Assembly (NCBI GenBank): GCA_963798885.1
Contig: CAWCUX010000009.1
Span: 33,477 to 97,476 of the forward strand
Direction: 5' to 3'
From: an uncultured Actinomycetota bacterium
GTDB taxonomy: Bacteria > Actinomycetota > Actinomycetes > Propionibacteriales > Propionibacteriaceae
Length of the DNA: 64,000 nucleotides
The number at the start of each line of letters is the position of its first letter. Position 1 is the first letter of the stretch. The translations under genes were made by a program, and so were the position numbers. A model generated the notes under the pieces. It was not told the origin of the DNA. It did no database searches and worked only from the letters and a program-made list of their open reading frames with translations. Shown one piece after another: positions 1 to 13,151 of the stretch.

Positions 1-1783
1 TCGCCGGCCTGGCGGTCGGCGGCACCGCCGCCCTCAGCGCCTGCGGCGGCAGCAACACCAACTCCGGCACCACATCGTCCGGCGCGAGCAGTGGCTCGGC
101 CGCCACGATGATGGGCATCGGCAACAACGGCCAGGTGGGCAAGGGCCGCTCCGGCGCCCTCGCCGACACGATGTTCATCGCGGGCTTCCAGTGGGGCCCC
201 GCCACGAACTTCAACCCCTTCGCCCCGACGCCCGCGTGGCCCGCCTCGCTCAACGTCGCGCAGTACATCTACGAGACCGCGCTGCGGTTCAACATCGTCA
301 CCGGCGAGCTGCTGGCCGGCCTGGCCAAGTCCTACAAGGTCGACGGCCAGACGGTCACCCTCACCTGGCAGGACAACGCCCAGTGGAGCGACGGCAAGCC
401 CTGCACCGCCGCCGACTTCGCCTACACCTACCAGCTGGCGAAGATGGACTCGAGCATCAGCTTCGCGTCCATGTGGAACGAGGTCGACAGCATCGACGCG
501 CCCGACGCCAAGACGGTGGTCATCAAGGTCAACCCGACCCGCAAGAACACCGACGTCGTGCTGCAGAACGTCGCCCAGAACTACGTGCTGCCGCAGCACA
601 TCTGGGAGGGCATCATCAAGTCCAACCCGAAGCTCGACCAGCTACCAGACGATGCAGCCCATCGGCTCCGGGCCCGTACATGCTCGACAAGGCCGACCAG
701 ACCCAGGTGGTGCTGAAGCTCAACCAGAGCTACTGGGGCAAGGACCTCTACGGCGGCCTGCCGATCGATGAACCAGATCATCCACCCGATCTTCAAGTCG
801 AACGAAGACGGCAACCTGCAGTTCCAGAACGGCCAGCTCGACGTCATGCAGCAGTTCGTGCCGCAGATCTGGAAGATGTGGGAGGGCGGCAAGCCGGTCG
901 GCACCTACCTCAAGGAGAAGCCCTACTACGTGCCGGGTTCGATCCCCATGTTCTTCATGAACACCACCAAGCCGGGCCTCAGCGATCCCGCGGTGCGCAA
1001 GGCGATGGCGTGGGCGATCGACTACGAGTCGATCGCGGAAACCGCCATGTCGGGCTACTCCGGCCAGGTGCATGGCCTCGCTGATCCTGCCGACCGGTGC
1101 CGAGTCGAAGTGGATCGACAAGTCCAAGGCCGAGTCCGACGGCTGGAAGTACGACCCGGCCAAGGCCGAGAAGATTCTCAAGGACGCCGGCTACACGAAG
1201 GGCTCCGACGGCATCTACGCCAAGGGCGGTGTCCGCCTCGGTCAGTGGAAGCTGATCACCCCGACCGGGCTGGACCGACTGGAACGCGGCCCTGACGATC
1301 TGCGCGAAGAACTTCAAGGCGATCGGCATCGACGCGGTCACCTACTTCCCGCAGCAGGCCGACTGCACCAACCAGATCCAGAACGGCACGTTCGACTGCG
1401 CCTGCTGGTACGTCGCCGGCACCAGCCCCGCCACCCCGTGGCAGCGCTTCAGCGACGTCATGAGCAACGTCAACCTCGCCGCGGTGGGCACCGCGACGTT
1501 CAGCAACTACGGTCGCTGGAAGAACGACAAGGTCAACGGCATGCTGCAGACCGCGGCCGCGGCCCCCGACGAGGCCAGCAAGAAGACCGCGTTGCAGGCG
1601 ATCGACACGCTCTTCCGCACGGGCATCCCGGCCTGCCCGCTGATGTACCGTCCCGACGAGTTCTACGAGTACAACGCGACCAACTTCTACAACTGGGCCG
1701 ACGAGAAGAACAACTACGCCCCGCCGATGTTCCGTGGTGCCGGCAACACCTGGATCTACAAGATCAAGAAGATCGGCGCCTGA
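1..1783 (+). pseudogene. ABC transporter substrate-binding lipoprotein, family 5 (peptide/nickel Opp/Dpp type). 5' end lies outside the window. Reading frame broken at least 4 times.
   Basis: The window opens in frame with ...AGLAVGGTAALSAC|GGSN (lipobox). SBP-like sequence then continues through ORFs 108-716, 191-1084, 768-1295, 1072-1842 and 1460-1783 in alternating frames, with switches near 650, 770, 1075 and 1270. It ends ...NTWIYKIKKIGA*. Confidence 0.8.
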
Positions 1784-1801
1784 GCCGATCACCCACCGAA
1801 T

Positions 1802-1835
1802 CCCGTGCCTGCGCCCTCGCGGGCGCAGGCACGGG
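1802..1835 (+). promoter_or_regulatory. Intercistronic GC-rich stem-loop between the SBP and first permease gene. Possibly an mRNA stabiliser or partial terminator.
   Basis: CCCGTGCCTGCGCCC (1802-1816) / loop TCGC / GGGCGCAGGCACGGG (1821-1835) forms a perfect 15-bp stem. There is no T-tract. An SD-like AGGAGAG follows, before ATG 1852. Confidence 0.5.
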
Positions 1836-1851
1836 AGGTTAGGAGAGACCC

Positions 1852-2864
1852 ATGGGACTTGGTCGCTACATCGGTAAGAAGGCACTGTGGTATGCGGGCG
1901 CGCTGGTGGCCGCACTGGTCTTGAACTTCATCCTTCCCCGACTCGTACCAGGAAACCCGGTCGACACGATCGTGTCGTCAACTGGCTCGAGGTGGCAGCG
2001 TCACCGCCGACCAGCAGCAGAAGATCTACCAGTCGTTCGTCTCGCAGTTCGGGTTGGACAAGCCGTTGTGGGACCAGTTCCTCGTCTACTTGAGCAACAT
2101 CCTGCACGGCAATCTCGGGGTGTCGTTCGCCTCGTATCCGGTGAGCGTCAACCATCTGGTCGGCCAGGCCGTCCCGTGGACTCTCGCGATCCAGTTCCCG
2201 AGCATCATCATCGGCTGGATCATCGGCAACGCCCTCGGCGCGATCGCCGCCTTCAAGGGCGGCCGCTGGGACAGCGGGGCGTTCACCTCGTCACTGTTCC
2301 TGTCGGCCATGCCGTACTACTGCCTGTCGATCATTCTGCTGTACTTCCTCGCACTCAAGGCCGGACTGTTCCCGGTGGGCGGGGCGTACTCCTACGGGCT
2401 GTCGCCCGGTTTCAACATGCAGTTCATCACCGATGCCATGCACTACTACTGGTTACCGTTCCTGTCGCTGGTGCTGGTGATCATCGGCGGGCAAGCGGTC
2501 GGCATGCGATCGATGGCCATCTACGAGTTCGGGCTCCGACTACGTGAACTTCTCCCGTGGTCTGGGCATCGGCCAGGGAAAGATCGTCGGCTACATCTTC
2601 CACAACGCCATGCTGCCCCAGATCACCGGCTTGGCGCTGTCCATCGGCACCATGGTCGGTGGCGCGCTGATCACCGAACTGGTGTTCAACTATCCGGGCA
2701 TGGGCACGTTGCTGTTCAACGCGATCAGTGCCAACGACTACCCGGTCATCCAATCGATCACGCTGATCATCACCGTCGCCGTGCTGGTGGCGAACTTCGT
2801 CGTCGAGGTGGTCTACGGCATCATCGACCCGCGCATCCGCGCGGCCAAGAGTGGGGAGAAGTGA
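1852..2864 (+). pseudogene. ABC peptide transporter permease (OppB/DppB-like), frame broken twice.
   Basis: N-terminus MGLGRYIGKKALWYAGALVAALVLNFILPRLVPGNPVDTIV (frame of 1852). Core in ORF 2054-2869. C-terminus in ORF 2544-2864 (...[19 protein letters not shown]...DPRIRAAK). Switches lie near 2000 and 2535. Confidence 0.8.
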
Positions 2865-2865
2865 C

Positions 2866-3961
2866 ATGACCGGAATGATTCCCACCGACGCCCTCGAACC
2901 GCGTGGCGGCGAGGACCTCCCCGAGGAGGTCGCCGGAACCGACGTCGGCTCCGCGCCTCCCCCGACCGGGCAGCCCGGCGACGCCCGACCCGACGAGACG
3001 CCCGCCGGGCCCGCCAAGCGCCGACGCAGCGGGCTCAACGTCAGCGCCCGCTTCTGGGTCGCGGCGGTGCTCGTCGTGTTCGTCATGCTGTTGGCGTTCG
3101 TCGGCCCGTTCGTCTACCCCTACGGCCCCAACGACACCGCCGGTGGCCTCTACGATCCGCCCGAGCGTGCAGCACTGGCTGGGCACCGACAACTTCGGCC
3201 ACGACGTGCTCGCCGTGCTGATCGCCGGTTCACGCAACTCCTTGTTCAACGGCCTGCTCGCCGGGGTCATCGCCACCGGCATCGGGGTGTTCATCGGCAT
3301 CCTGGCCGGCTACGTCGGCGGCTGGCTCGAGGAACTGCTCATGGGCCTCACCAACGTCGTGCTCGCGATCCCCGCCCTGATCGTGCTGATCCTCATCTCG
3401 GTCTCGGTGCAGAACAGCAACATCGCACTGCTCAAGGGCATCATCGGTTTGGCCATCGTCATCGGCATCACATCGTGGCCCTGGACCGCACGTGCCGTGC
3501 GAGCCCAGGCCAGTTCGGTCGCCACCCGTGAGCACATCGACATCGCCAAGCTGTCCGGGGCACGACTGCCGAGCATCATGGCCATCGACGTGTTCCCCTA
3601 CCTCGCGAGCTACATCGTCATGGCCTTCGTGCTCCAGGTCGCCAACGCGATCCTCTCCGAGGCCGCGCTGTCGATGCTGGGTCTCGGCCCGCAGGGCACC
3701 AACTCGCTCGGCATCCAGTTGCACTGGGCCCTGGCCTTCCAGGCCGTCGGCTCGGGGGCCTGGTGGGCGTTCTTCCCACCGACCATCGTGCTCACCCTGG
3801 TGTCGTTCGCACTGCTGCTACTGCAGTCGAGCCTCGACGAGGTGTTCAACCCACGTCTCCGCAAGGGCAAGAAGAAGGCTGTCAAGGCGGCCGCGGACGC
3901 CGAGCCGAAGCTGCCCGCCGCCTTGCCAGCAGGCGAGCCGACGTCCAGGAAAGGCGGCATC
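2866..3961 (+). pseudogene. ABC peptide transporter permease (OppC/DppC-like), frame broken near 3170. No stop codon separates it from the following ATPase in the frame it occupies.
   Basis: MTGMIPTD... (frame of ORF 2851) switches to ...HWLGTDNFGHDVLAVLIAGSRNSL... (frame of ORF 2903-4981). The permease ends ...SSLDEVFNPRLRKGKKK..., then the frame runs on into MTSTVAAPP. Confidence 0.75.
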
Positions 3962-5006
3962 ATGACCTCCACTGTCGCGGCACCACCAGACCTGCTCATG
4001 CGGGCGAAGAACGTCAACGCCGCCTACTCGACCGACGGCACCCGCGACGTGCCCGCCGTCGACGCGGTCAATCTCGAGGTGCCCCGGGGCCAGATCCTCG
4101 GACTCGCCGGCGAATCGGGATGCGGCAAGTCGACGCTGGGCAACACCTTGGCGATGATCGCCAACGCTCCCTTCTACGTGCTCAGCGGCACCCTCGAGAT
4201 CGCCGGCATGACCATCGACCTGTCGACCCTCGACAAGGGTGCCGACGGCCGGCATCGTCCGCTACCGGGGCCAGATCGTCTCGATGCTGCCCCAGGGCGC
4301 GATGAACTCGATCAGCCCGACCCTGCGCATCCGCGACCTCGTCTGCGACGTGGTGCGGGCCCACGACAAGTCGAAATCGCGCTCGGACGCCCTCGACCTG
4401 GCGCGCGACCGGCTGACCATGCTCGGCATGCCGGTACGGGTTCTCGACCAGTACGCCCACCAACTGTCCGGCGGCATGCGCCAGCGGATGGTCACGGTCA
4501 TCTCGACCCTGCTGAACCCGCAACTGCTCATCGCCGACGAGCCCACCTCCGCCCTCGACGTGTCCAGCCAGAAGGCACTCATCGAGATGCTCATCCACAT
4601 GGTCGAGGAGAAGATCATGGGTGGCGCGATCTTCATCACCCACGACCTTCCCGTACTGTCGATGGTCACCGACCAGCTCGCGATCATGTACGCCGGGCGG
4701 ATCGTGGAAACCGGGCCGACGGCCGAACTCGTGCACAGCGCCCGCCATCCCTACACCTCGGCACTGCTCGCCGCCGTACTCGACCCGACCGAAGAGACCC
4801 GCACCAAGAGCGTCGAAGGGATCCCCGGCTCGCCTCCGAACCTGGCCAACCCGCCCACCGGCTGCCGGTTCCACCCCCGATGCCCGTTCGCCATGGACGT
4901 GTGCGCCCGCCAGGACCCACCGCTGGTCTCCGAGGGCATCCACTCGGCGTCGTGCTGGTGGGCCCAGGACCACCCCCGTGAAACCGTTCCGCTGCAGGGA
5001 GTGTAG
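3962..5006 (+). pseudogene. ABC transporter ATP-binding protein (OppD/DppD-like), frame broken near 4240.
   Basis: Walker A GESGCGKST lies in ORF 2903-4981. The signature LSGGMRQR, Walker B LLIADEPTSALD and the oligopeptide C-terminal Cys motif (CRFHPRCPFAMDVC) lie in ORF 4239-5006. AGGAAAGG precedes ATG 3962. Confidence 0.8.
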
Positions 5007-5008
5007 CG

Positions 5009-5836
5009 ATGAGCAGACCACGCACACCAGCCAGGCGGCGCGACAACGACCCAACCGGTGCTGTCGGCGAAGAACGTCACCAAGCAGTTCTCGGTCGCCG
5101 GCGGCCACTTCACCGCCGTCGACAACGTCACCGTCGACTTCCATGCCGGCAAGGTACTCGCCGTCGTGGGCGAATCCGGCTCGGGCAAGTCGACCCTGGC
5201 GCGGATGCTGCTGAGGCTGCTGCCCGTCACGTCCGGGCAGATCATCTACGAGGGCCGCGACGTCACCCACATCCGCGGCGCCGAACTGCGCAGGTACTGG
5301 CAAGACGTCCAGGCGGTGTTCCAGGACCCGTTCGCATCGTTCAACCAGTTCTTCACCGTCGGGCACATGTTCAGGCGCAGCCTGAGGCTCGCCGGCCAGG
5401 GACAGTGACACCGATGACCTCATCGCAGCGATGTCTCGGCTACGTCGGACTCAAACCCGGCGAGGCACTGCCGAAGTACCCCCACCAGATGTCCGGCGGC
5501 CAACGCCAACGCGTCATGGTCGCCCGAGCACTGATGATGAACCCGAAAGTCCTGCTCGCCGACGAGGCCACCTCAATGCTCGACGCATCCCTGCGAGTCA
5601 GCGTGCTCAACGTGCTGCAAGACCTGCGCAAGGATCTGGGACTCACCGTGCTGTTCATCACCCACGACATCGGCCAAGCCTGCTACCTGGCCGACGAGGT
5701 CATCGTGATGGAACACGGACTGTCGTCGAGACGCGGGGAGACCGACAAGGTGATCTTCGAACCACAACACGAATACACCAAGCGTCTGCTCTCAGACGTC
5801 CCCGACCTCAAGGGCAGCCTGAAGCACCGCTCCTGA
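5009..5836 (+). pseudogene. ABC transporter ATP-binding protein (OppF/DppF-like), frame broken near 5400 and probably also near 5015.
   Basis: ORF 5058-5408 carries Walker A GESGSGKST. ORF 5009-5836 carries MSGGQRQRV, LLADEATSMLD and ITHDIG. The start (ATG 5009 or GTG 5058) is uncertain. Confidence 0.75.
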
Positions 5837-5877
5837 CCGACACGCTCGGGGGGTGGGAGATCGGCTAGATTCGCCTC

Positions 5878-6670
5878 ATGGCGTCGATCTCCCGCCCCGC
5901 GTCGCGTCCGCCCACACCCCATCCGAGTGGGGCTCGTCCGCCCGCCCTGCCCCCGCAGGCGATCCCCCGTCACGTCGCCATCGTCATGGACGGCAATGGT
6001 CGGTGGGCCAAGCAGCGGGGGCTCAAGCGCACCGAGGGCCACGCCCGCGGCGAGGCGTGCGTTGCTCGACGTCTTGGCGGGCGCCATCGAAATCGGGATC
6101 CCCTACATCTCCGCCTACGCGTTCTCGACCGAGAACTGGAAGCGTTCCCCCGATGAGGTGCGTTGGCTGATGGGATTCAATCGTGACGTGATCCACCGCC
6201 GTCGCAACGAATTGGACGCCATGGGCGTGCGGATCCGATGGGCCGGGCGACGGCCGAAGCTGTGGGGAACGGTCATCCGGGAACTGGAGGAGGCCGAGGA
6301 GCAGAGCCGGCACAACTCGACACTCACCCTGCAGTTCTGCGTCAACTATGGTGGCCGCGCCGAGATCGTCGACGCAGCCCGGCGGATCGCCGAACTCGCC
6401 GCGGCCGGCCAACTCGATCCGCACCGGCTCACCGAGGACCGGTTCCGGCAGTTCCTCGACGAGCCGGACGTGCCCGACGTCGACCTGTTCATCCGCTCCT
6501 CGGGCGAGCAGCGGATCTCGAATTTCCTCATCTGGCAGTCGGCCTACGCCGAGATGGTGTTCCTGAATCGGCTGTGGCCCGATTTCGACCGGAGGGACCT
6601 GTGGTCGGCGGTCGAGACGTACGTGCACCGGGACCGTCGCTTCGGGGGAGCCCAACCCGTCGAGGGATGA
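5878..6670 (+). pseudogene. uppS: Isoprenyl (undecaprenyl/decaprenyl) diphosphate synthase, with a single frame break near 6058.
   Basis: ORF 5878-6156 gives ...[34 protein letters not shown] 5927-6670 continues [34 protein letters not shown]...[20 protein letters not shown]. Removing the base at about 6058 joins them. Confidence 0.85.
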
Positions 6671-7123
6671 TCCGCGCCGACTTCCGCTGGACGCACCGGT
6701 GGCGCGCCACCCCCTTGTGACGCGCCACCGGTGGTGATACCCGGACCCTCACGGAGGGGCCCGGGCCGAGCATCAGCGGAACACGTGGATGCCCTGCCGG
6801 GTCGCCGCGGCCAGCAGATCGGCCGCGAGCCCGGGGCTGGGCGCGTCTTCGATCGCGTGCCGGATGGCCCGGACGTCGCGCCCCTGACCTGATGCGCCCC
6901 CCGCCCGGCTGACGGCGTCCGATGCCACTCATGAACCGCCGCATGATGATCAACCCCACTTCTCGTGACTACGACACGGCCCGCCCTGCGCGGGCCCACG
7001 CGCGACCCGGCCAACCCATCGACCGGGACATCTGGAACATTAGCATCACCCATGCGCATGAGCACTGAATTATCCGGTGCATGTCACTTGTCGCGCGATT
7101 ATCAACTGCCGATCAATGTGGGG

Positions 7124-7166
7124 GCAAGACAAAGAACCGGCGCCGGCCCGAGGGCCGACGCCGGTT
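7124..7166 (-). terminator. Intrinsic terminator downstream of leuA.
   Basis: On the minus strand, AACCGGCGTCGGCCC-TC-GGGCCGGCGCCGGTT forms a 15-bp stem with one G:U pair. It is followed by the T-rich tail CTTTGTCTT, 19 nt after the leuA stop. Confidence 0.7.
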
Positions 7167-7184
7167 CCCACGCAGTGCGCGACG

Positions 7185-8954
<1,770 letters not shown>

Positions 8955-9193
8955 TCAGGCGGCTGCCAGGCACGACGCAGCTCCGCAGCGAGGACTGCTT
9001 GGCCGGATCGTTGTCACCGAACCTCGCTGCGGCACACAAGCAACAGTCGTCGCCATGGCCACCCGAGGGTGGACGCACGTGGCGGAAGTGTGCACGCCAT
9101 GCACCCACCATACGCAGCCCCCGCCCCGGGCGTCCACCGGTCCGCCACCTGGACCCGCGCACCGGCGGTGACGGCGCCCGATTGGATGACAGG

Positions 9194-10324
9194 GTGCGAA
9201 TCGCCAATGCCCGTCGGATCGACCTGCTCACCGGCGGGGTCGATGAGCCCACCGACATCTGGATCCGCGGCGACCGCATCGCCCGCTCCCCCGTCGACGA
9301 CGGCACCGTCGTCGACGCCCAGGGCCGGTTCGTGCTCCCGGGGCTGTGGGACGCCCATGTGCACATGACGGGGTCGACGCTTGCCGCCCGGGACCATCGC
9401 CCACGCGACGATGCGGAACGCCACGCGGAGGCGTCCACGCCGACCAGCGGGCCGGGGTCGGCCGACCTCCACGGCATGGTCCGCGCCGCCGCCCGTGCCG
9501 CGTCGGCCCGGGGGCTGGTCGGCGTCGTCGACATGTCACGTGCCGACAACGAGAAGATCTGGCGTCGCCGCGTCGCCGAGGGCTTCGCGGAGTTGCGCGT
9601 CCGCGTCTCGGTGTGGCCCGAACACCTCGACCGGACGATCGCCGCCGGCCGTCAGGACGGTGACCCGCTCGACGATCGGGGACTCGTGCAGCAGGGCCCG
9701 CTCACGGTGAGCGGAGCCGACGACCACGACCTGCTGACGGTGTTGGTGGGGCGAGCCGCGCGGGCCGGGCTCGCCTGCGCGGTGCCCACCGTCGGGGAGG
9801 CGGCGCTCGACGCGGCGCTCTCGGCGTTCGCCGACAGCGGGGCCCACGGGTCGCTGGAGCACCCGGACCTCGGCTCTGTCGACCAGGCGGCCGCCATGGC
9901 CGCCCTCGGGCTCACCGCGACGATGCGGCCGGGACATCCGCTCGGCGCCGGTGGATCGACGGGCTCTCCCGGGTCGGCGCGGGCCGTGCTGTCGCTCCGC
10001 ACCCTCGCCCGAGCCGGCGTCCGGCTCGCCCTCGGGTCGGACGCCGCCGCGTCAGCGTTGAATCCGTGGGTGGCCATCCAGGCGGCCGTGCGCCCCGATC
10101 GGTGGCGACCCGGCGAGGGACTCCCACTGTCCGACGCGCTCCGGGCGTCGACCGGGGGCGTGTGCCGGCTGGTGCCCGGCGCCTCCGCCGACCTCTTCCT
10201 CCTCGAGGAGAACCCGTTCTCCGTCGGCGTCGAGCGGCTGGACAGCATCGAGTCGGCCATGACCGTGCTCGGAGGGCGGGTCGTGCATTCGACGCTCGGG
10301 CACACGGCGACCCGAGCCGGCTAG
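9194..10324 (+). CDS. Amidohydrolase-family protein (divergent). Start uncertain.
   Basis: Within ORF 8942-10324. VRIANARRIDLL...GRFVLPGLWDAHVHM (HxH metal motif) and ...LALGSDAAASALNPW are present. The central motifs look degenerate. GTG 9194 or TTG 9182 are possible starts. Confidence 0.55.
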   Translation: MRIANARRIDLLTGGVDEPTDIWIRGDRIARSPVDDGTVVDAQGRFVLPGLWDAHVHMTGSTLAARDHRPRDDAERHAEASTPTSGPGSADLHGMVRAAARAASARGLVGVVDMSRADNEKIWRRRVAEGFAELRVRVSVWPEHLDRTIAAGRQDGDPLDDRGLVQQGPLTVSGADDHDLLTVLVGRAARAGLACAVPTVGEAALDAALSAFADSGAHGSLEHPDLGSVDQAAAMAALGLTATMRPGHPLGAGGSTGSPGSARAVLSLRTLARAGVRLALGSDAAASALNPWVAIQAAVRPDRWRPGEGLPLSDALRASTGGVCRLVPGASADLFLLEENPFSVGVERLDSIESAMTVLGGRVVHSTLGHTATRAG

Positions 10325-11269
10325 CTAGAACCCCAGGCGGTTCAGCTGCTTGGGGTCGCGCTGCCAGTCCTTCATGACCTTGACCCGCAGATCGAGGTGC
10401 ACGGGGGTGCCGAGCAGGCGGGAGATCTGCTGACGGGCCGCACTGCCGACCTCCCGGAGCCGCTCCCCCTTGTGCCCGATGACGATGCCCTTCTGGGAGT
10501 CACGCTCCACGACCATCGACGCGAACACGTCGAGCAGCGGCCGGTCGTCGGGCCGCCCCTCCCGCAACCGCATCTCCTCGATGGTGACGGCGATCGAGTG
10601 CGGCAGTTCGTCCCGGACGCCCTCCAGCGCGGCCTCGCGGATGAGTTCGGCCACCAGCGTCTCGGTGGGCTCGTCGGTGATCTCCCCCGCCGGGTAGTAG
10701 GCGGGGCCCTCGGGAAGCAACGTGACGATCTCGTCGACCACCTCGGTGAGCTGATCCCCCGACACCGCCGAGCACGGGATGATCGCGTCGAACCGCAGGT
10801 CGAGCTTCTCCTCGACCTCGGTGACCTCGATGAGTTGGCGGCGCAGCCGTTCGCCTGAGACGGTGTCGCTCTTGGTGACGATCGCCACGAGCCGGGGCCG
10901 GGTGGGCAACTTGGCGATCTCTGCCAGCAGGAACTCGTCGCCCGGGCCGATGTGCTGGTTCGCGGGCAGGCAGACGCCGATGACGTCGACCTCACTCCAC
11001 GTCTCGTAGACCAGCCCGTTGAGCCGCTCCCCCAGCAGCGTGCGCGGCTTGTGCAGACCGGGGGTGTCGATGAGGACGAGCTGCGCGTCCGGCCGGTGCA
11101 CGATGCCCCGGATGACGTGCCGGGTGGTCTGCGGCTTCGACGAGGTGATGGCGATCTTGCTGCCCACCATCGCGTTCGCCAGGGTGGACTTGCCCGCGTT
11201 GGGACGTCCGACGAAGCAGGCGAAGCCCGATCGGAACCCCTCGGGCCCGGTGTACTGGGCGTCAGTCAT
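10325..11269 (-). CDS. era: GTPase Era.
   Basis: Intact 314 aa. GRPNAGKST (G1), DTPGLH (G3), TKSD (G4) and a C-terminal KH domain are present. Confidence 0.95.
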   Translation of the reverse strand: MTDAQYTGPEGFRSGFACFVGRPNAGKSTLANAMVGSKIAITSSKPQTTRHVIRGIVHRPDAQLVLIDTPGLHKPRTLLGERLNGLVYETWSEVDVIGVCLPANQHIGPGDEFLLAEIAKLPTRPRLVAIVTKSDTVSGERLRRQLIEVTEVEEKLDLRFDAIIPCSAVSGDQLTEVVDEIVTLLPEGPAYYPAGEITDEPTETLVAELIREAALEGVRDELPHSIAVTIEEMRLREGRPDDRPLLDVFASMVVERDSQKGIVIGHKGERLREVGSAARQQISRLLGTPVHLDLRVKVMKDWQRDPKQLNRLGF

Positions 11270-12587
11270 GGTCGTGTCCCTTCACGGAGGCGTCGGCCTC
11301 GTCGCTGTCGGAGTGGTCGATGAGGTTCACCAGACAGCGTCCGATCTGGTGTCGCCGGCCGGTCGTGGTCTCGGCGACGATGTGGATGCCCTCCCAGTCG
11401 ATCGCGCTGCCCGGGATCGGCACCATGCTCAGTTGCTTGGCCATGAGCCCGCCGACGGTCTCGACGTCTTCGTCGTCGACGCTCAACCCGAACATCTCAC
11501 CGAGATCCTCGACCGGCATCCGGGCGGAGATCCGGTACAGACCGGGCTCGATCTGCTCGGTGTGGGTCGGCTCGGCGTCGTACTCATCGACGATCTCACC
11601 GACGATCTCCTCGAGAATGTCTTCGATCGTGGCCAGACCGGCCGTGCCTCCGAATTCGTCGACGACCAGCACCATGTGGTTGCGCTTCAGCTGCATGTCC
11701 CGGAGCAGCTCGTCGACCGGTTTCGAGTCGGGTGTGAACTCGGCGGGGCGCATCATGTCGGCGACGAGCTCGCTGCGTTCCCCCTCGGGATGGTCGTGGA
11801 CCCTGCGCATGACGTCCTTGACGTACAGGACGCCGACGATGTCGTCGAGCCCGTCGCGGATCACAGGAATCCGGCTGTAGCCGGAGCGTAGAGCCAACGA
11901 GAGCGCCTGGCGCAGCGTCTTGGCCTGCTGGATGTACACGATGTCGGTACGCGGAACCATGACCTCTTTGACCAGGGTGTCGCCGAGGTCGAACACCGAA
12001 TGGATCATCCGGCGCTCGTCGGACTCGATCACGTCGCTGGCCTCGGCCCGATCGACGAGTTCCCGCAGTTCGGCCTCCGAGGAGAACGGGCCGTCGCTGT
12101 AGCCCCGCCCGGGCGTGATCGCGTTGCCGAACAGGATCATGAGCGATGGGATCGGGCCCAGCACTCTCGTGAGCGCGGAGATGGGACCGCCGGCGGCGGG
12201 CGCGATCCGCAGTGCGCGCTGGCGGCCGATGGTGAGGGGGGCCACACCCCAGGCGATATAGCGCACGACCACCATGACGGCCACGGTGATGAGCAGCCGC
12301 TCCCACAGGGACGACACGGCCGCGAACACCACGAGCGCCACCAGCACCGTGGTGGCCACCTCGAACAGCGTGCGGAGGAGCAGTGAGGCGTTGAGGTACG
12401 GCGCGGGGTCCTCGGCGATCGTCCGCAGCCGTCGAGCGCCCCGCACCCCACGCTCGTCGAGATGTTCGGCACGCGCCTTCGAGGTGGCCGCCAACGCGGC
12501 CTCGAACATCGCCAGGACGAAGGCCAGGACGGCGACGACCAGTGCGACGGCCAGTTCGATCCACTGGATCTGGGGCACGGTCACCAC
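11262..12587 (-). CDS. Hemolysin/CorC-family membrane protein (DUF21 + CBS pair + CorC_HlyC).
   Basis: Intact 441 aa. It has TM helices at the N-terminus, then ...MVPRTDIVYI..., CBS-like repeats and ...DEFGGTAGLATIEDILEEIVGEI.... It overlaps era by 8 nt. Confidence 0.9.
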   Translation of the reverse strand: MVTVPQIQWIELAVALVVAVLAFVLAMFEAALAATSKARAEHLDERGVRGARRLRTIAEDPAPYLNASLLLRTLFEVATTVLVALVVFAAVSSLWERLLITVAVMVVVRYIAWGVAPLTIGRQRALRIAPAAGGPISALTRVLGPIPSLMILFGNAITPGRGYSDGPFSSEAELRELVDRAEASDVIESDERRMIHSVFDLGDTLVKEVMVPRTDIVYIQQAKTLRQALSLALRSGYSRIPVIRDGLDDIVGVLYVKDVMRRVHDHPEGERSELVADMMRPAEFTPDSKPVDELLRDMQLKRNHMVLVVDEFGGTAGLATIEDILEEIVGEIVDEYDAEPTHTEQIEPGLYRISARMPVEDLGEMFGLSVDDEDVETVGGLMAKQLSMVPIPGSAIDWEGIHIVAETTTGRRHQIGRCLVNLIDHSDSDEADASVKGHDHD

Positions 12588-12692
12588 ACACTTTCGGAGG
12601 CGGGGGCAACCGGGACGAAGGTCGTGGGGTGCCCCGGAGCCGCTCGGACAAGGAGATTGGGGATGATTCTACGGCCCGGTCGACCCGGACAC

Positions 12693-13151
12693 TCAGCCAC
12701 GGGCCCGCGCAGCCTCCCAATCGGCGATGATCCGGTCGTTGAGCGCGAACATCACGGCCCGCTCCTCGGGCTCGGCGTGGTCATGCCCGAGCAGATGCAG
12801 TAATCCGTGGATGAGAAGGTACTGAGCTTCCTCGTCGGGACGCCGACCGTTGTCGGGAGCCTGTTCGCTGATGACCTGGGGGCACAGGTAGATCTCTCCC
12901 AGATCTCCCGTGATGAATTCCTCGTCGGATCCGGGCTCGTGCAGTTCGTCCATCGGGAAGCTCATGACGTCGGTGGGGCCGGGGAGGCCCATGTGCTTGA
13001 CGTGCAGGGCGGTCATGGTGTCGGGGTCGATGAGCACGACCGACAGGTCGGCCTGGGGGTGCACCCGCAGCGCGGACAACGCGAACCGGGCGAGCCGCAC
13101 GAGGGCGAGGTCGTCGACCTCGACACCGGACTCGTTGTTGAGGTCGATCAC
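12693..13151 (-). CDS. ybeY: rRNA maturation endoribonuclease YbeY.
   Basis: This is the C-terminal part of ORF 12693-14336, ...LLIHGLLHLLGHDHAEPEE (HGxLHLxGxDH motif). GTG 13151 overlaps the phoH stop (GTGA). Confidence 0.9.
   Translation of the reverse strand: MIDLNNESGVEVDDLALVRLARFALSALRVHPQADLSVVLIDPDTMTALHVKHMGLPGPTDVMSFPMDELHEPGSDEEFITGDLGEIYLCPQVISEQAPDNGRRPDEEAQYLLIHGLLHLLGHDHAEPEERAVMFALNDRIIADWEAARARG

Noticed and set aside
6671-7123. A gene in the uppS-leuA gap. One example is a minus-strand piece ending ...GQGRDVRAIRHAIEDAPSPGLAADLLAAATRQGIHVFR* at 6775.
   Set aside because: Only about 40-50 codons are protein-like. A frame correction at a G/C homopolymer is needed to reach a start codon, and I recognise no family. 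This is too weak to call.
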